From the IMG/VR virus record IMGVR_UViG_3300029515_000012, positions 1-42,455 of that record: 42,455 nt of DNA. One strand, 5' to 3'. The notes under the pieces are model-generated. The model searched no databases, had not been told where the DNA came from, and was given only the letters and a program-made list of their open reading frames with translations. Made by a program: the position numbers and the translations under genes. This DNA comes from a virus. Positions 41,705 through 42,455 of the stretch are shown here, in pieces (the first letter of the stretch is position 1; each line of letters begins with the position of its first letter).

Positions 41705-42455
41705 GCTACAAAGTTTATGCGGGCGTCCAGACCGGCGTTGACGTGTGGAAGACAAAGACCTGCATTTACGACCCAACGGACTACACGGACACAAAAAAGC
41801 TCATCAGTCCAACTTTGACACGGGAGGTGAGCAAGGCCGGTAGCTTGGAATTCACCCTGCCGCTTGGCAATGTGGCCCACTCAGCTTTGCAAAAAATGCG
41901 CACGACCGTGTCCGTAGAGCAAGACGGTGTGCGCATCTGGGAGGGCAGGCCCATGAGCCATGAGCAGGATTTTATGCTGCGTCAAAAAGTCTTTTGCGAG
42001 GGAGAGCTGGCCTACCTCAACGACAGCTCCGTTGCGCCATATACAGCCAAAGACGTGACGATCAAGCAATTTCTTTCGTTCCTGCTGGAAAATCATACCG
42101 GCATGGTGGACGCATACAAGGCGTTTACCTGTGGAAATGTTGGCTTTCCGAGCACCAGCGTGGTGGTTCCAGAACTGCATAACTGCGTGATGAAACTAGA
42201 CTACATGGCAGGTACTCCGGACAGTGACGGCGATTATATGTATGAATATGGACTTTATACCTCATCCGGCGTTCAACTTGTGAGCCAATATGAAGCTGGC
42301 TTCTCGGATGACGACACGGCCCCGGATCCATCTGCGTACAGATGGACGCTGAATGAAAAGCATGCAGATTCTTCCATAAACGGGTATATCTGGCGCACAG
42401 GAAACGGCCTGTTTTCCGTGAGCGTAAATGTGGCCCTGCCCTTGGACGGAGATGG
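41701..42455 (+). CDS. Tail-associated protein (Tal), N-terminal part, continuing at position 1 (see 1..1027)
   Basis: ATGA overlap with Dit. No stop before the window end (translated by hand). The last 108 nt duplicate positions 1-108. Confidence 0.8.
   Translation, partial: MSYKVYAGVQTGVDVWKTKTCIYDPTDYTDTKKLISPTLTREVSKAGSLEFTLPLGNVAHSALQKMRTTVSVEQDGVRIWEGRPMSHEQDFMLRQKVFCEGELAYLNDSSVAPYTAKDVTIKQFLSFLLENHTGMVDAYKAFTCGNVGFPSTSVVVPELHNCVMKLDYMAGTPDSDGDYMYEYGLYTSSGVQLVSQYEAGFSDDDTAPDPSAYRWTLNEKHADSSINGYIWRTGNGLFSVSVNVALPLDGD
42348..42455. repeat. Terminal direct repeat copy 2 (identical to 1..108)
   Basis: Direct comparison. Confidence 0.95.

Larger units (their letters stand above)
1..42347. 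mobile_element. Complete temperate siphovirus-type phage genome (circular map, unique length 42,347 bp)
   Basis: Exact 108-bp overlap of the window ends. Full set of lysogeny, replication, packaging, head, tail and lysis modules. attP-like tRNA fragment lies next to the integrase. Confidence 0.9.

Overview
The window is a complete, circularly closed genome of a temperate siphovirus-type dsDNA phage or excised prophage. Unique length is 42,347 bp, because bases 1-108 recur exactly at 42348-42455. Strong AGGAGG-type RBSs, a GH25 lysin, an XkdX-like gene and a PBSX-type terminase point to a Gram-positive, fairly GC-rich (Clostridia-like) host. Order around the circle: (1) tail tip, two fibre genes and the lysis cassette (1-5.9 kb); (2) a non-coding palindrome array, a small sigma-r4-like ORF and a tRNA-like element (5.9-6.9 kb); (3) a minus-strand accessory operon of acidic protein, HTH and AP2 protein (6.9-8.3 kb); (4) a plus-strand accessory block of low-complexity and membrane proteins (8.5-11.8 kb); (5) attP (3-prime half of a tRNA-Thr gene) and a tyrosine integrase (11.9-13.2 kb); (6) lysogeny control with two XRE regulators flanking an AT-richer two-gene cassette (13.2-16.9 kb); (7) early genes: antirepressor, iteron array, RecT, SSB, replisome-organizer-like protein, frameshifted methyltransferase, RusA and a sigma-like late regulator (17-27 kb); (8) a tRNA and tRNA-like cluster with a structured RNA (27.2-27.6 kb); (9) the late module TerS, TerL, portal, methyltransferase, head morphogenesis, scaffold, capsid, connectors, major tail, G/GT chaperones, tape measure, Dit and Tal (27.7-42.3 kb), wrapping into position 1027. 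The long ORFs lying opposite these genes on the other strand are judged antisense shadows. The best candidates for novel biology are: the AT-rich integrase-proximal two-gene cassette with an antisense promoter, the acidic-protein/HTH operon with an operator inside a consensus promoter, the attP-proximal operon of unusual Q/N/G-rich proteins, the hairpin array at 5.9-6.1 kb, and the non-canonical tRNA-like elements. All functional calls rest on motifs read by eye and on gene order. No searches were run.
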